DNA of 64,000 nucleotides from Candidatus Latescibacterota bacterium (GCA_965222605.1 OZ244960.1:5792001-5856000), one strand, 5' to 3'; shown: positions 1-11,723, counted from the first letter of the stretch. Numbers and translations: made by a program. Notes: generated by a model not told the origin, from the letters alone.

Positions 1-1289
1 TCATTGGTCCACATCTGTCGGAGGGATGCGGGACAGATCACGAGTGCCTTTTGGCGCAGGTGATAGGCATAGTCCTCCAACAATTTCTTGCCGATCCACG
101 TCTTGCCCAGTCCCACAGAATCGCCGATCAACACACCGTCATAGCGCGCCAGAATTTTGCGAGCTTTTTTAACCGCGTCTTCTTGGAACTCAGACAGCTC
201 AATGACTGATCGCGTAGAGGTCGGCATATCGGATTCGAGGTCATCTTTGAAATACTCGAAGAGGGCCTTCAAATACACTTGATAGGGCGTGTACTCCCTT
301 TCGCCAAACTTGGAGGCATCCAACAATTCTATGAGGTCCTCTTTGAAATCACGGGACTGTTCCCAATGCGCTTGGAACCATCTGTCTAATTCGGCGATAG
401 CCTGAGCACCTACGCCACTTGCCAATTGGCGACGATGCTCCATTTCTTTTTGTCCATCAACCAGCGGTGGACCTATCTGGGCCATTTCTTCTTCGGCAAG
501 TACTGTCTTGTGGGAGAGGTTGAGTTCTTTGTTGGTAGTGAGGCCAGGGCCAGTAAAATTGCTGGAGCCGACAATGGCCGCGACGGGCTGAAAGCGATCT
601 GCACCTCCTAAGGGTAGGTCGCCGTAGAAGAGGTAGGTCTTGGCGTGGAGGAATCCGTTCTGGTAGGCGCGCACCTCTACCAGGTCGCGACGCAAAAAGG
701 CGATGAGATCTTCAACGGCTCGGAGGGTGGCTTCATCAAAGGGGGTAGCGTTCAGTTCATCTGCCAACCCAATAGCAGCACGGGGACGCAGTCCTACTGT
801 CTCGCCATCCTTTGGTTCATCACCGAGTAGCAGGCGAAAGCTACCAAGCCCTTTTAAGCCTTCCTGGAGCAAGGTGAAGCCACGGACATTGAAATAGGCA
901 GTGGCGATATCGAGAGACTTGCCAGAGTGCTTTGCCAAAATCTCATTGAGTACATTGGCCATTCGGTGCTTCTCGTTGTCTATGACGTAAGGTATGTGCG
1001 CGGGCGACTTCGTCCAGAACCGGTAGTTGGATATGTCCTCTCTGTTTGCCAGACGTACCTGAGATGCCAAGACGGTAGCAATGGCAACTGTACCACCATC
1101 TGGATCGAGGAACTCCACATCAAGGACTTTGCCATTACCCTGTATATACACAATTGTACCGACATCGCCAGCTTTCAATCCATCCTTTGGATTGCCATTC
1201 TTGATTAGCGGGCTGCTGGATGGAATATCCCATATATGATCGGGCGGAATTTCAGTTGTAAGCACTACAACGTCTAATTCTTTGAACAT
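1..1289 (-). CDS. DUF4926-like domain fused to PLD nuclease and SF2/SNF2-type helicase (runs off the window edge)
   Basis: Manual translation from ATG at 1289 (RBS AGGAGG upstream): MFKELDVVVL...GLKAGDVGTIVYIQ...VEFLDPDGGTVAIATV (DUF4926-like), then IPYVIDN...FLHAKTYLF...GSSNFTGPGL (PLD HxK/GSxN), then EFQEDAV...DSVGLGKT (helicase motif I). No stop codon seen. Confidence 0.85.
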   Translation of the reverse strand, partial: MFKELDVVVLTTEIPPDHIWDIPSSSPLIKNGNPKDGLKAGDVGTIVYIQGNGKVLDVEFLDPDGGTVAIATVLASQVRLANREDISNYRFWTKSPAHIPYVIDNEKHRMANVLNEILAKHSGKSLDIATAYFNVRGFTLLQEGLKGLGSFRLLLGDEPKDGETVGLRPRAAIGLADELNATPFDEATLRAVEDLIAFLRRDLVEVRAYQNGFLHAKTYLFYGDLPLGGADRFQPVAAIVGSSNFTGPGLTTNKELNLSHKTVLAEEEMAQIGPPLVDGQKEMEHRRQLASGVGAQAIAELDRWFQAHWEQSRDFKEDLIELLDASKFGEREYTPYQVYLKALFEYFKDDLESDMPTSTRSVIELSEFQEDAVKKARKILARYDGVLIGDSVGLGKTWIGKKLLEDYAYHLRQKALVICPASLRQMWTN

Positions 1290-1298
1290 ATTTGCCTC

Positions 1299-1634
1299 CT
1301 AATCAGCCGGATACGCCGTAACCAGCTTGGGATAGTCACTCCCCTTGTCAATCTGCCAGACAGCCCTCACGTAAGGGTTCCGTCCATCGGGGGTTTCAAG
1401 TGGTCCGTCTATAATATACTTTATGCCGTGATCGGTTTCGATAGTCCTGACAACTTCGCGGCTCGCTCCATGATCTCGCAATGCGTCCGCCAAAACCTGC
1501 CACTGCTCTATGCGAAAGCCGAATCGAGAGAAAAATTTAGCTTTACTTTGACCATCGAGGTTATTTGTTGAAAGCAGATAGTCTGTAATTTTCTCTTTTT
1601 TAATGTGGGTCTTCTGTGCGCTGGGCAGCCTCAA
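1299..1634 (-). CDS. DUF6883-like protein (putative toxin/nuclease)
   Basis: KITDYLL...G.SKAKFF..FGF...W..L..AL...G.KY...G.L.TPDGR....VW......PKLVTAYP pattern; lies directly upstream of a DUF4926-like domain. Confidence 0.7.
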   Translation of the reverse strand: MRLPSAQKTHIKKEKITDYLLSTNNLDGQSKAKFFSRFGFRIEQWQVLADALRDHGASREVVRTIETDHGIKYIIDGPLETPDGRNPYVRAVWQIDKGSDYPKLVTAYPAD

Positions 1635-1848
1635 TATCTATATCCCTTCCCAAGATTTCACGATATTTCTGTGCATCAGACAGCTCAGACACTAGAAAAT
1701 TCACCCATTCATCAGTATATATGAATATCGCATTGGCTGTAAGTCTTACTATAAAGGGTATCTTACTGATATTGCAGCAAACTTGCATTCGTCAAATGAC
1801 AAATGTATCGCTGAATATCATCTCGACCAGCACATTGAGATGTTAGTA

Positions 1849-2749
1849 ACCTTTGGTGCTAGTAGCTAAAAGGTTGTAAGTCGCCAGAAGTTTACCTATG
1901 CTGTATGAGTTAGGGACTCATTCATTCACAGCAGAAAGGTAAACTCCATGACGACTGAAATTCTGATCATTGACCTGTTCTGTCGTGTAGATGATCAAAC
2001 GCACGACCTTGAGAAACATCCTCAAGCCAAGCTCTATCCCAGCGAAGTCATCACGTTGGCCTTGCTTTTTGCGATTAAAGGGGTGGGCAATCGCGCCTAT
2101 TATGACTGGCTGATAAACGATTGGCAGCACCTGTTTCCCAACTTACCCCATCGCACGCGCTTGTTTCGCCTCTTTTTAAGGTATCAACACGCCACAAGCC
2201 GATTCTTGGCGCAAAAGAGCGTGTTGGGCATCATTGATAGCTATGGCATTGAGTTGATTCATCCGATCCGAGAAGGCAGAAGTCCTGCTCAGATCGGGAA
2301 GAAAGGCAAATCGAATTATCGCTGGATTGTCGGTGGCAAGCTGTGTTTGTTGATCAATCAATGGGGTCTCATCGTGGATTGGGACTGTCAGACAGCTAAT
2401 GTTCACGATACCACCTTCCACCATCTCATCAAGCAGGTGCAATCAGATATGGTGGTCTTTGCCGATGTCGGCTTTCAAAAAGTGCAAGACAACCCAGAAA
2501 ACTTAAAAATCTGTCCGCGTGGCACTTGGAATGAGCGCATGGTGGTTGAAACCATCTTATCTATGATGACTTTAGTCTGGCATTTTAAGAAAGTCATGCA
2601 TCGGGTCTGGAACTATTTTGCGATGCGATTGGCGTTTACCATGGCCGCCTTCAATATCTTGGTGCAATGGCAGGGCTTTAAACCCGATGAAGACGGTTTC
2701 TTTAAACTTGCCATCGCACACTTCAGAATTTAACACTAGCACCAAAGGT
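1849..2749 (+). mobile_element. IS982-family insertion sequence
   Basis: Perfect terminal inverted repeat ACCTTTGGTGCTAGT / ACTAGCACCAAAGGT. Flanking direct repeat TAGTA, within GTTAGTAAC at 1842-1850 and 2748-2756. Confidence 0.9.
1948..2733 (+). CDS. IS982-family DDE transposase
   Basis: IIDSYGI, VFADVGF and RMVVET motifs; lies inside the inverted repeats. Confidence 0.9.
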   Translation: MTTEILIIDLFCRVDDQTHDLEKHPQAKLYPSEVITLALLFAIKGVGNRAYYDWLINDWQHLFPNLPHRTRLFRLFLRYQHATSRFLAQKSVLGIIDSYGIELIHPIREGRSPAQIGKKGKSNYRWIVGGKLCLLINQWGLIVDWDCQTANVHDTTFHHLIKQVQSDMVVFADVGFQKVQDNPENLKICPRGTWNERMVVETILSMMTLVWHFKKVMHRVWNYFAMRLAFTMAAFNILVQWQGFKPDEDGFFKLAIAHFRI

Positions 2750-2767
2750 TAGTAACGTCCGAGTATT

Positions 2768-5700
2768 TTAGTCCTCAGAGGCACGAAATTGCTCATCGTA
2801 TTTATCCAAGTATTCGAGTTCTTGCTCAACCAATCCATAGTGCCTGGCCAGATGGCGATCTACTTTCCTCACCGCGTCTCGAGAAAGCCTAGCATGGACT
2901 TCGTCCATTTCTATAACTCGTCCGCCAGCCCGTATTTGCTTTCTGATTGCTTTCTGATAGAAGTCATTCACCAGATTATCGACAGCCTTATGAAATTCTT
3001 TATCAGACACCAAACTGGAAGGAAATGCAAAATTTTCTACTTGCTTACGTAACAGATGAAACTCATCGGATTGAAGCATCCACCAATAGTAAAATAGACT
3101 TGAATTTACTATTCCAACCGCAGATTTTGCTATATCAGGCGATATAGCATTCATTATCACTAAATTAGATGATATTCCTTTTTTGCCGTCTCGTGCAAAA
3201 TAAGGAGGGTTCAAGTATGCTTTTAACCAATACCGCCCCACCGAATGAAAATACCATTTAGAAGGCTCTTGTGTATTAGTACTATCAGCGCAATAGTCTT
3301 TTATGGATATGTCTATCAAAAGAATCTTCTTATAAATCATTGATCCTATTTCATCGCCGACTCTTGGAATGAATCCCTTTTCTAGAATACCCACGTCGCC
3401 AACTTTGGCTTTCAAGACCACATCTTTTTGTTCACCGTCTCTGAATCTATAAAGCTTTGACGAATGTACTTTACACGGACTATGACCGGCACCGGTGCAA
3501 ATGATAATTGATGTTCGTTGATCAACCTCGGGAAAAATCTTGGCAGGACGAATAGAATAATGAGTTGCCCTTATCTTTCCAAAGTGATTATAAACAACCC
3601 GCCGAACGTTTTCAAAGTCTTGTCCACTAGTAACTGATAAGGGGATAATCATCCCTAGGCTACCCATATTGCTGGCCATTGCACATCCCCGAACTACAAA
3701 ATATCCGGCAAGATTTGCACAACCTTTTGCCAAACTCAGGCGGTCCCAAGACGATTCTTGTATGACATCATACGGCGGGTTTCCCACTACCGCGTCGAAT
3801 CCTTGGTCTTCCTTGCGCTTCCATCTACTTCCCTCCAAGTCAACAAAAGCCTCTGGGAACTCCAGGTCCCAATGGAAAAAGCCTTTCTCTTTACCTATTT
3901 CGACTGCCTTGTTGATGGTTTCGAGGTATTTAGGCGGCGGAGTACTGCGCCCTGCTGGACGTATCTGTTCCACTAAATCAGACCCTGATAAGGTCAAGTA
4001 TTCCTCTGCGAGTTTATTGCCAAAGTGACGGGTGACCCAAATGTCGAGCGCAATTTTGTAGGGGGCCTGGCTCTGTTCAAAGTCTGCAAAGAGGTTGCGG
4101 CTATTCTCGACTTCAGCAGCCGTGGCGTCGGGAATACGTCTCAGTTCCTCAATGGTTGCCGTAGCTGTGAGAAGCCCTTGGAAGGGGCCACCGAATAGGT
4201 CGGCCTGATTGTCCAGTTCCGTTTGTACTTCCTGTACCGTCGTACCGATGAGCGCGTTGCCGCACTTGAGGTGGTGATCCAAGAATGATAGCGGTGCGCC
4301 TATGGTGAAGCAGTCCAACCACAGCGACACCTTGGCCAACTCTACGGCCATGGGAGTCAAATCAATACCATATACACAACGCTTGAGCACATGACGTTTT
4401 AACAAGTTGATGTCAGTCAGACGACTGGCGTCAACCGAAACTCTCTGTCGCTCCATCTCCGAAATGACAGCCTGGCGAGTATTATCGAGAAACTTCGTCA
4501 CAGGATTCCAGGGAAATGCCCGCAAAAAACCCTCGCGTTCTCCGAGGATGTGGTCGCATATAAAGTCCACCGCTTCTACCAGAAAGTGCCCTGAACCCAT
4601 TGCAGGATCGAGAACCCGCAGGTCGAATAACTCATCTACAAGAGGTTGGTAAGTATTTGCAACCTTGTTTGGGTCGTCTGGTTGCAAACCTTGTTTTTTG
4701 AGAACCTCTGCTTGCTGGGACTTTTTGCGGTATCTCTCCTGAGCTTGTCGGAACTTGGGGCGCAGTTTTTCGAACTTATCTTCGAGCACAGGCCCCACCG
4801 TGTTTTCGACGATGTACTTCACAACATGTTCGGGGGTATAATACGAGCCGGTAGCTTTGCGCTCTTGCTGATCATTTTCGAGGTACACATCACCGGGCAG
4901 GTACACACGTTCTTGGGCGTTGCGCGCTCTGCCCTTTTTCAAAACTTTCTTCTTAGATTTCGCCAAGTCTTTGTAGGGGATGACCTCTTCGGTCCGCTTG
5001 CCCTTGACTACAGCCATCTTCTCAGAAGCAATACGGATTTTGAACTCCAATAGCCCCTCATATATAGAGCCAAGCTGCCGCACACCTAAAGATTTGTAAT
5101 CAATGAAAACAAGGTCTTGCCGCTTGTCGTCCAAATCCCTCGTCAGCAAATCCAACCCCTTGGCCAGGTAGCGATCAGGAATTTTGTTCTTTTGCAAAAA
5201 ACGGGCGTTTTTCGCTTCCGAACTACTATCTTCAGGATAAGGCTCTGTAATGAAAAGGCCACCATTATACAGAGGAACGTTTAATTCCCGGTTTCCCCGA
5301 TCAATGGTTGCAAACAATTTCATCAGTCTGTCGTACAGGTCGGTGGTGTCGGTGCGATAGGCTGTATCGAGCTTTGTGGGAGCTTCGTCGTAGATTTTTC
5401 CCGCCTTCTCTGCTATATCCTCTTTTAGCCTGGTGAGGCTATGCTCATAGTATCCTCGCTGTTCTCGAACCGGCAGTAGGCCACGAGCCTCTGCGTAGAG
5501 CAAGAACAACAGGCGGTAAAGCAGGATCAGTGTCCCTTCGAACACTAAACGGCGAAATGTCTCATTCGGTTCCTGTTTAAGAGATAATTGTTGTACAATT
5601 GGAAACAGCATTTTCTGCTGAGGATCGGCGATACCTGGTTGCCTTTTCAGGTGTTCGATAAATCCTTCAGCGAAGTGTGGAAATACCTGATCGAATACGC

Positions 5701-6925
5701 GTACTTTTAGACGATCACCAAGGCCCTTAGCATAGGTCTCACTTTCTTCAAGAAGTTTATCCAAAAAGCATATTTGCTGAGGTTGGCCATCGCGTATCTG
5801 TTCTTCGGGCACAAAGGCGGCGGCGCGGAAGAACAGATAGAAATAGCGGAATGGTTCATTGGGATCATCCATTGCCAAAGTCTCTTCAAGGTCAATCTCA
5901 TAGTAGTTGGTTGCACGAGAATGTGTGCGTGCGGAGTAGAGACGCCAGAGTTTGCCATTAGTCACGATAGCCCAGGGAACTTCGCCCGATTCGAGGACAG
6001 TGACCACACGCGCGCCGGGATTTTCTTCAGGAGAATCTGTGTCGCGGGGCTCATCGCGTCCGTCGAGGTAGCGATTCCAATTATAGGCCAGACAGAGAGC
6101 AATGGGATTGCCGGAATTAGAAGGGGTAAATAGAGAATAGCCGGCTTTTTGCTCTGAGCTATCATCCTCTGGGACAGCATGGAAACCAAGAGCTTTAAAA
6201 GCTGGCTCTAAGAGGTTTTGCTTTGTGGTTTGGGTATCAGCGGCTAAGTACGCGCGCAGGTCTGTGAATAGTGCTCGCAAACTGTGGTATGTCGTCTCAG
6301 GGCGCTCCCGCCACTCTGGTAGGTCGGGGAGTCGCTCATTCAGATAATAGTCGGAAAATAGGGCGCGGTTGTTGAACAATGGTTCAGACCATTCAGCGAT
6401 AGTATAGGCAGATAGCAGTTTATCGTACTGAGCATCTGAGTCCGCCTCGGTACAGGTGAACCGCCTGAGGACTCGCAGATCGACTTTCGATGGGTTTCGT
6501 CGATTGACCGTAAGGGTGCGTGGCATAACGGATACCTGGCTTTGGGAGAAACTTGAACTACTCAGTTGGGGCAGGATTCTTTCGAGCAGAACGAAGTCTA
6601 TCCTCTCATAGTCATTCGTGAGGACGAGAAGGTAGTTGCCCATTCTGTTCCTGAGGGCACGAGCCAGACTCTGCGTAGCCGCAACCGTGACGGAGGTCAA
6701 TTCCACGAGATAAACGTAAAGTGGTTCCGCTCCATCATCTTGAACGGCGAGTTGCTCTATATCCTTGATCTGACGCTGAAGCGATGCCGCCGTGATACCC
6801 AGGGCGGTAGCTGTCTGCGGCAAACGCGCTTCTGTGTCATAACCGAGTGTGGCAAAGAAAGCTGCTATGCCTTCCTTACTACTTAATGTCTGAATATCTT
6901 TGGACTTCAGATCATTGTCGTTCAT
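2768..6925 (-). CDS. Type IIG (Eco57I-like) restriction-modification enzyme / N6-adenine methyltransferase
   Basis: TNGKLWRLY, YNGGLF, LGSIYEGLL, GSYYTP, VLDPAMGSGHF (motif I), FHWDLEFPE, GNPPY (motif IV). Probable start MNDNDL follows GGAGGA. Confidence 0.9.
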   Translation of the reverse strand: MNDNDLKSKDIQTLSSKEGIAAFFATLGYDTEARLPQTATALGITAASLQRQIKDIEQLAVQDDGAEPLYVYLVELTSVTVAATQSLARALRNRMGNYLLVLTNDYERIDFVLLERILPQLSSSSFSQSQVSVMPRTLTVNRRNPSKVDLRVLRRFTCTEADSDAQYDKLLSAYTIAEWSEPLFNNRALFSDYYLNERLPDLPEWRERPETTYHSLRALFTDLRAYLAADTQTTKQNLLEPAFKALGFHAVPEDDSSEQKAGYSLFTPSNSGNPIALCLAYNWNRYLDGRDEPRDTDSPEENPGARVVTVLESGEVPWAIVTNGKLWRLYSARTHSRATNYYEIDLEETLAMDDPNEPFRYFYLFFRAAAFVPEEQIRDGQPQQICFLDKLLEESETYAKGLGDRLKVRVFDQVFPHFAEGFIEHLKRQPGIADPQQKMLFPIVQQLSLKQEPNETFRRLVFEGTLILLYRLLFLLYAEARGLLPVREQRGYYEHSLTRLKEDIAEKAGKIYDEAPTKLDTAYRTDTTDLYDRLMKLFATIDRGNRELNVPLYNGGLFITEPYPEDSSSEAKNARFLQKNKIPDRYLAKGLDLLTRDLDDKRQDLVFIDYKSLGVRQLGSIYEGLLEFKIRIASEKMAVVKGKRTEEVIPYKDLAKSKKKVLKKGRARNAQERVYLPGDVYLENDQQERKATGSYYTPEHVVKYIVENTVGPVLEDKFEKLRPKFRQAQERYRKKSQQAEVLKKQGLQPDDPNKVANTYQPLVDELFDLRVLDPAMGSGHFLVEAVDFICDHILGEREGFLRAFPWNPVTKFLDNTRQAVISEMERQRVSVDASRLTDINLLKRHVLKRCVYGIDLTPMAVELAKVSLWLDCFTIGAPLSFLDHHLKCGNALIGTTVQEVQTELDNQADLFGGPFQGLLTATATIEELRRIPDATAAEVENSRNLFADFEQSQAPYKIALDIWVTRHFGNKLAEEYLTLSGSDLVEQIRPAGRSTPPPKYLETINKAVEIGKEKGFFHWDLEFPEAFVDLEGSRWKRKEDQGFDAVVGNPPYDVIQESSWDRLSLAKGCANLAGYFVVRGCAMASNMGSLGMIIPLSVTSGQDFENVRRVVYNHFGKIRATHYSIRPAKIFPEVDQRTSIIICTGAGHSPCKVHSSKLYRFRDGEQKDVVLKAKVGDVGILEKGFIPRVGDEIGSMIYKKILLIDISIKDYCADSTNTQEPSKWYFHSVGRYWLKAYLNPPYFARDGKKGISSNLVIMNAISPDIAKSAVGIVNSSLFYYWWMLQSDEFHLLRKQVENFAFPSSLVSDKEFHKAVDNLVNDFYQKAIRKQIRAGGRVIEMDEVHARLSRDAVRKVDRHLARHYGLVEQELEYLDKYDEQFRASED

Positions 6926-7027
6926 AAGTCCTCCGAATGTTCTTGATGGACTCCGGGATGCAAGCACAGACTGTAGGATAAAACTGAGAAATGTCTAAGT
7001 CTTTGTAATAGCAGCGAATAATAGGGA

Positions 7028-7056
7028 AAAATAGTCCAAAGCATGGGTGTTGTCAA
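7028..7056 (-). promoter_or_regulatory. Putative sigma-70 promoter for the R-M gene
   Basis: TTGACA-N17-TATTTT on the minus strand. Confidence 0.5.
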
Positions 7057-7204
7057 GATATTGGGGAGTGGGGTTGGGGAAGCGTTAAGAGATTGAATTT
7101 ATGGGGAGGATTATTGTAATGTAATATGTACAGGAGATATGATTAGCAAAGATAAATACGCAAGTCACGTTTCGTATTGTCTCATTCTCATCAAAATTCC
7201 CAGC

Positions 7205-8251
7205 TTATTGTCGAGGTGGTGTCTGGGGAGATGTAATCGTACGTGAGAGATTATCAACTACAACTTTTGGGACTTGGATTGATTCGTCCTCTTTTCGGAG
7301 AATGCCTGAACTACCAAAATGGGCAATAGAATCGACCAATTGTGCCAAAATCAGATCTCTTTGTTCTGGTGTAACGGCAGATTCAACAAAAGCCTCAATG
7401 CTATTTGCGACCCTTTGTCGATGTTGGTTGTGTTGTGCCATATGCATGTGCGCCCGTAACATCCTTAAACAGAAAGCGACAATTCCCCCCAATGCTCCAA
7501 TAATTGTAATGCGAACAGCCGAAAAATATAGTATTGACTTTGTTTCTCCTTCAGGTAGATCGACAAAGAAAAATATCACAGCGACGCCAAAGAAGAAAAA
7601 TATGCTGATGCCATTTAACCAAGTCCAAAGCTTTACCCGTTTGTCGTGATCTTGTTGAGCAAGATGAAATTGTTCCTGGGCCGCTTCAACAGAAATCCCA
7701 GACGCTGTGCGTCTCGCCCTATTTTCTATCCCTTCGGCTAATGTGCGTGCTTCCTCGATAGTCTTATTTGCTTCTACCTTTACACGGTTAAGAGCATTTT
7801 CTGATTCTTCCTTCATTGTCTCAATGGCTTGATTGTATTCTTTTTTAATTCCTTCATCTTCTAAGAAGCCTCGGGATTCAATTGTTGCGGCAATGATATG
7901 CGGCCAATATTGGCTAACTCCATCAAATTGTGTTTGGAAATCACGGAGAAAATTTTGTTTTTCTGCAACGTATGCCGCTTCAGCTCTACCAGCTTGGTTG
8001 CTCATATATTCGTAAATGGATGAGAGGTTATTACTTAAATTATTTACTACATCATCGGGAAGATCTGAAGTAGATTGGAGGATAAGATCAACTCTTTTGT
8101 CCAGGGCGTCCAGCTTAGGTATCAGGTCTTTTTCCAGAGAAGCGGTTCCAAGTGATGACCGTAACAATTGTTCTCGATCAATAGATCTTAGTTGTCCCAC
8201 AGTTTGTATCAGAGTAGCGATTTGTCCTTCGTTTGCCATCTTGATCTCCAT
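7205..8251 (-). CDS. Hypothetical coiled-coil protein with two C-proximal TM helices
   Basis: Helical E/K/Q-rich N-terminal region, then two hydrophobic segments (LWTWLNGISIFFFFGVAVIFFFV; ITIIGALGGIVAFCL); AT-rich. Confidence 0.75.
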   Translation of the reverse strand: MEIKMANEGQIATLIQTVGQLRSIDREQLLRSSLGTASLEKDLIPKLDALDKRVDLILQSTSDLPDDVVNNLSNNLSSIYEYMSNQAGRAEAAYVAEKQNFLRDFQTQFDGVSQYWPHIIAATIESRGFLEDEGIKKEYNQAIETMKEESENALNRVKVEANKTIEEARTLAEGIENRARRTASGISVEAAQEQFHLAQQDHDKRVKLWTWLNGISIFFFFGVAVIFFFVDLPEGETKSILYFSAVRITIIGALGGIVAFCLRMLRAHMHMAQHNQHRQRVANSIEAFVESAVTPEQRDLILAQLVDSIAHFGSSGILRKEDESIQVPKVVVDNLSRTITSPQTPPRQ

Positions 8252-8291
8252 AAAAATAAGACACTTACAAACGCAAGTGCCTAAAAAAAAG

Positions 8292-8364
8292 TGGAGCCGA
8301 GCGGGATCGAACCGCCGACCTTTTGACTGCCAGTCAAACGCTCTCCCAGTTGAGCTACGGCCCC
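8292..8364 (-). tRNA. tRNA-Ala(GGC)
   Basis: GGGGCCGTAGCTCAACTGGGAGAGCG...TTTGA-CTGGCAG-TCAAA...GGTTCGATCC...CGGCTCCA; upstream TTGACA-N17-TACCCT. Confidence 0.95.
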
Positions 8365-8539
8365 ACTGCTATGTGTAGTCAAGGGTAACAAAATGGGATG
8401 AATGTGTCAAGTAAAAAGCCGATCACGGATTTTGCAGATTACGGGATGGCGCGGATTAAATTCTGTGCTCAGTCTTTGATGAAGATGCAGATGAACTGCT
8501 GTCGCAGTCATGCACGAATGACACGCCTTCATACATTGC

Positions 8540-10639
<2,100 letters not shown>

Positions 10640-10650
10640 TTAAGGGTTGG

Positions 10651-10722
10651 TCAGGTCCGAAGCGATGGATTCTCCCGGTCTTTTCCCCAGCGGGCGGGGT
10701 TGTCCATGATGTATTGACGAAT
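10651..10722 (-). pseudogene. C-terminal remnant of a REP-associated tyrosine transposase (RAYT)
   Basis: Translates as IRQYIMDNPARWGKDRENPSLRT*, matching the RAYT catalytic-Tyr motif IRxYIxxNPxxW..D.ENP; no upstream coding part. Confidence 0.65.
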
Positions 10723-10820
10723 TCAATGCTGCGTTTAGTATAGCCAATTTTGTCCGCATATTCAAGGTGGGCGCGGTGTTTACCTGCCAATAATCTTAGC
10801 CAGCAACCCCACGTTAGTTC

Positions 10821-11660
10821 TTAAGCAAAAAGAAAAGCGGAGAGTCCAAGTAGCATCCCGGCCTTGAGGAGTTTGTTCAAAAACCCGAGTGCGCTGTTTT
10901 GCCAGAGGCGGATGAGGACGAAGATGAGCAAAAAATTGAGGAGGAGAATCAGGCTGAGATAAATCGAGCTGTAAACGCCGAGGAGCGCGGGTAAGGGGGT
11001 TGCGATGATGAGGATTGTAAAGATGCTGGTGATCAGAATGCGCGCGCTGTTTTCGCCCCAGGAGATGGGTACGGTGCCGCCGGATAACTGGCGGTCGCCC
11101 GCACTGTCTTCGAGGTCTTTGAGAAGTTCGCGACCCAGGTGAAATAAAAAAGCAAAGCCCGCAATGAGATAGGGGGCAGATATGTTCTTAACGGCTGCGC
11201 CTCCGTAGAGAAATGCCAGACCGCCGAGCGCACTTATTGTGAGATTTCCGACGAGGGGTACGCGTTTGAGATAGATATTGTAAAAGATCAGGCTTGCGAT
11301 GGCGGTGAGGGCAATGGCGATGGCGGGCGTTGGCAAAGGGAGGGCGAGGAGAATGCCTGCGAGGAGGAAAATACCCATTTCTAAGCGTGCGATGCTGGGG
11401 GATAAACGCCCTGAAGGGAGTGGGCGGTGTGGTTTGTTGATGCGGTCTTCGGTTATGCCGCACAGGTCATTGAGCGCGTTGCCCCCCGCGGTGATGAGGG
11501 CGGCGGACAGCGCGGCAAAAAGCAGAGGTTCGGTGATCCTGTGAATCCCCATCCAGCCGCCGAGGAGTACCGAGGCAAAGGTTATGAGACAATTGATCGG
11601 ACGAGGTAGCTCAATCGCGGCGTAAAATCTGGTCTTGCGGAAGGCCATCGCGGGGGTCAT
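10821..11660 (-). CDS. UbiA-family prenyltransferase (DGGGP synthase-like)
   Basis: RPINC, GNALND.....EDRINKPHRPLPSG, RELLKDLED..GD; multiple TM segments. Confidence 0.9.
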   Translation of the reverse strand: MTPAMAFRKTRFYAAIELPRPINCLITFASVLLGGWMGIHRITEPLLFAALSAALITAGGNALNDLCGITEDRINKPHRPLPSGRLSPSIARLEMGIFLLAGILLALPLPTPAIAIALTAIASLIFYNIYLKRVPLVGNLTISALGGLAFLYGGAAVKNISAPYLIAGFAFLFHLGRELLKDLEDSAGDRQLSGGTVPISWGENSARILITSIFTILIIATPLPALLGVYSSIYLSLILLLNFLLIFVLIRLWQNSALGFLNKLLKAGMLLGLSAFLFA

Positions 11661-11723
11661 TTTATTTCTTATACCTCACACAAAGGCACAAAGACACAAA
11701 AAGGGATGAGGACATCTTACGTC

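Noticed and set aside
426-1208. Short + strand ORFs listed in the track
   Set aside because: Antisense shadows of the minus-strand DUF4926-PLD-helicase frame
1600-1788. 62-aa ORF ending ...IYTDEWVNFLVSELSD..., possibly a gene remnant beside the IS
   Set aside because: Too short to assign, no convincing start, and it overlaps the DUF6883-like start
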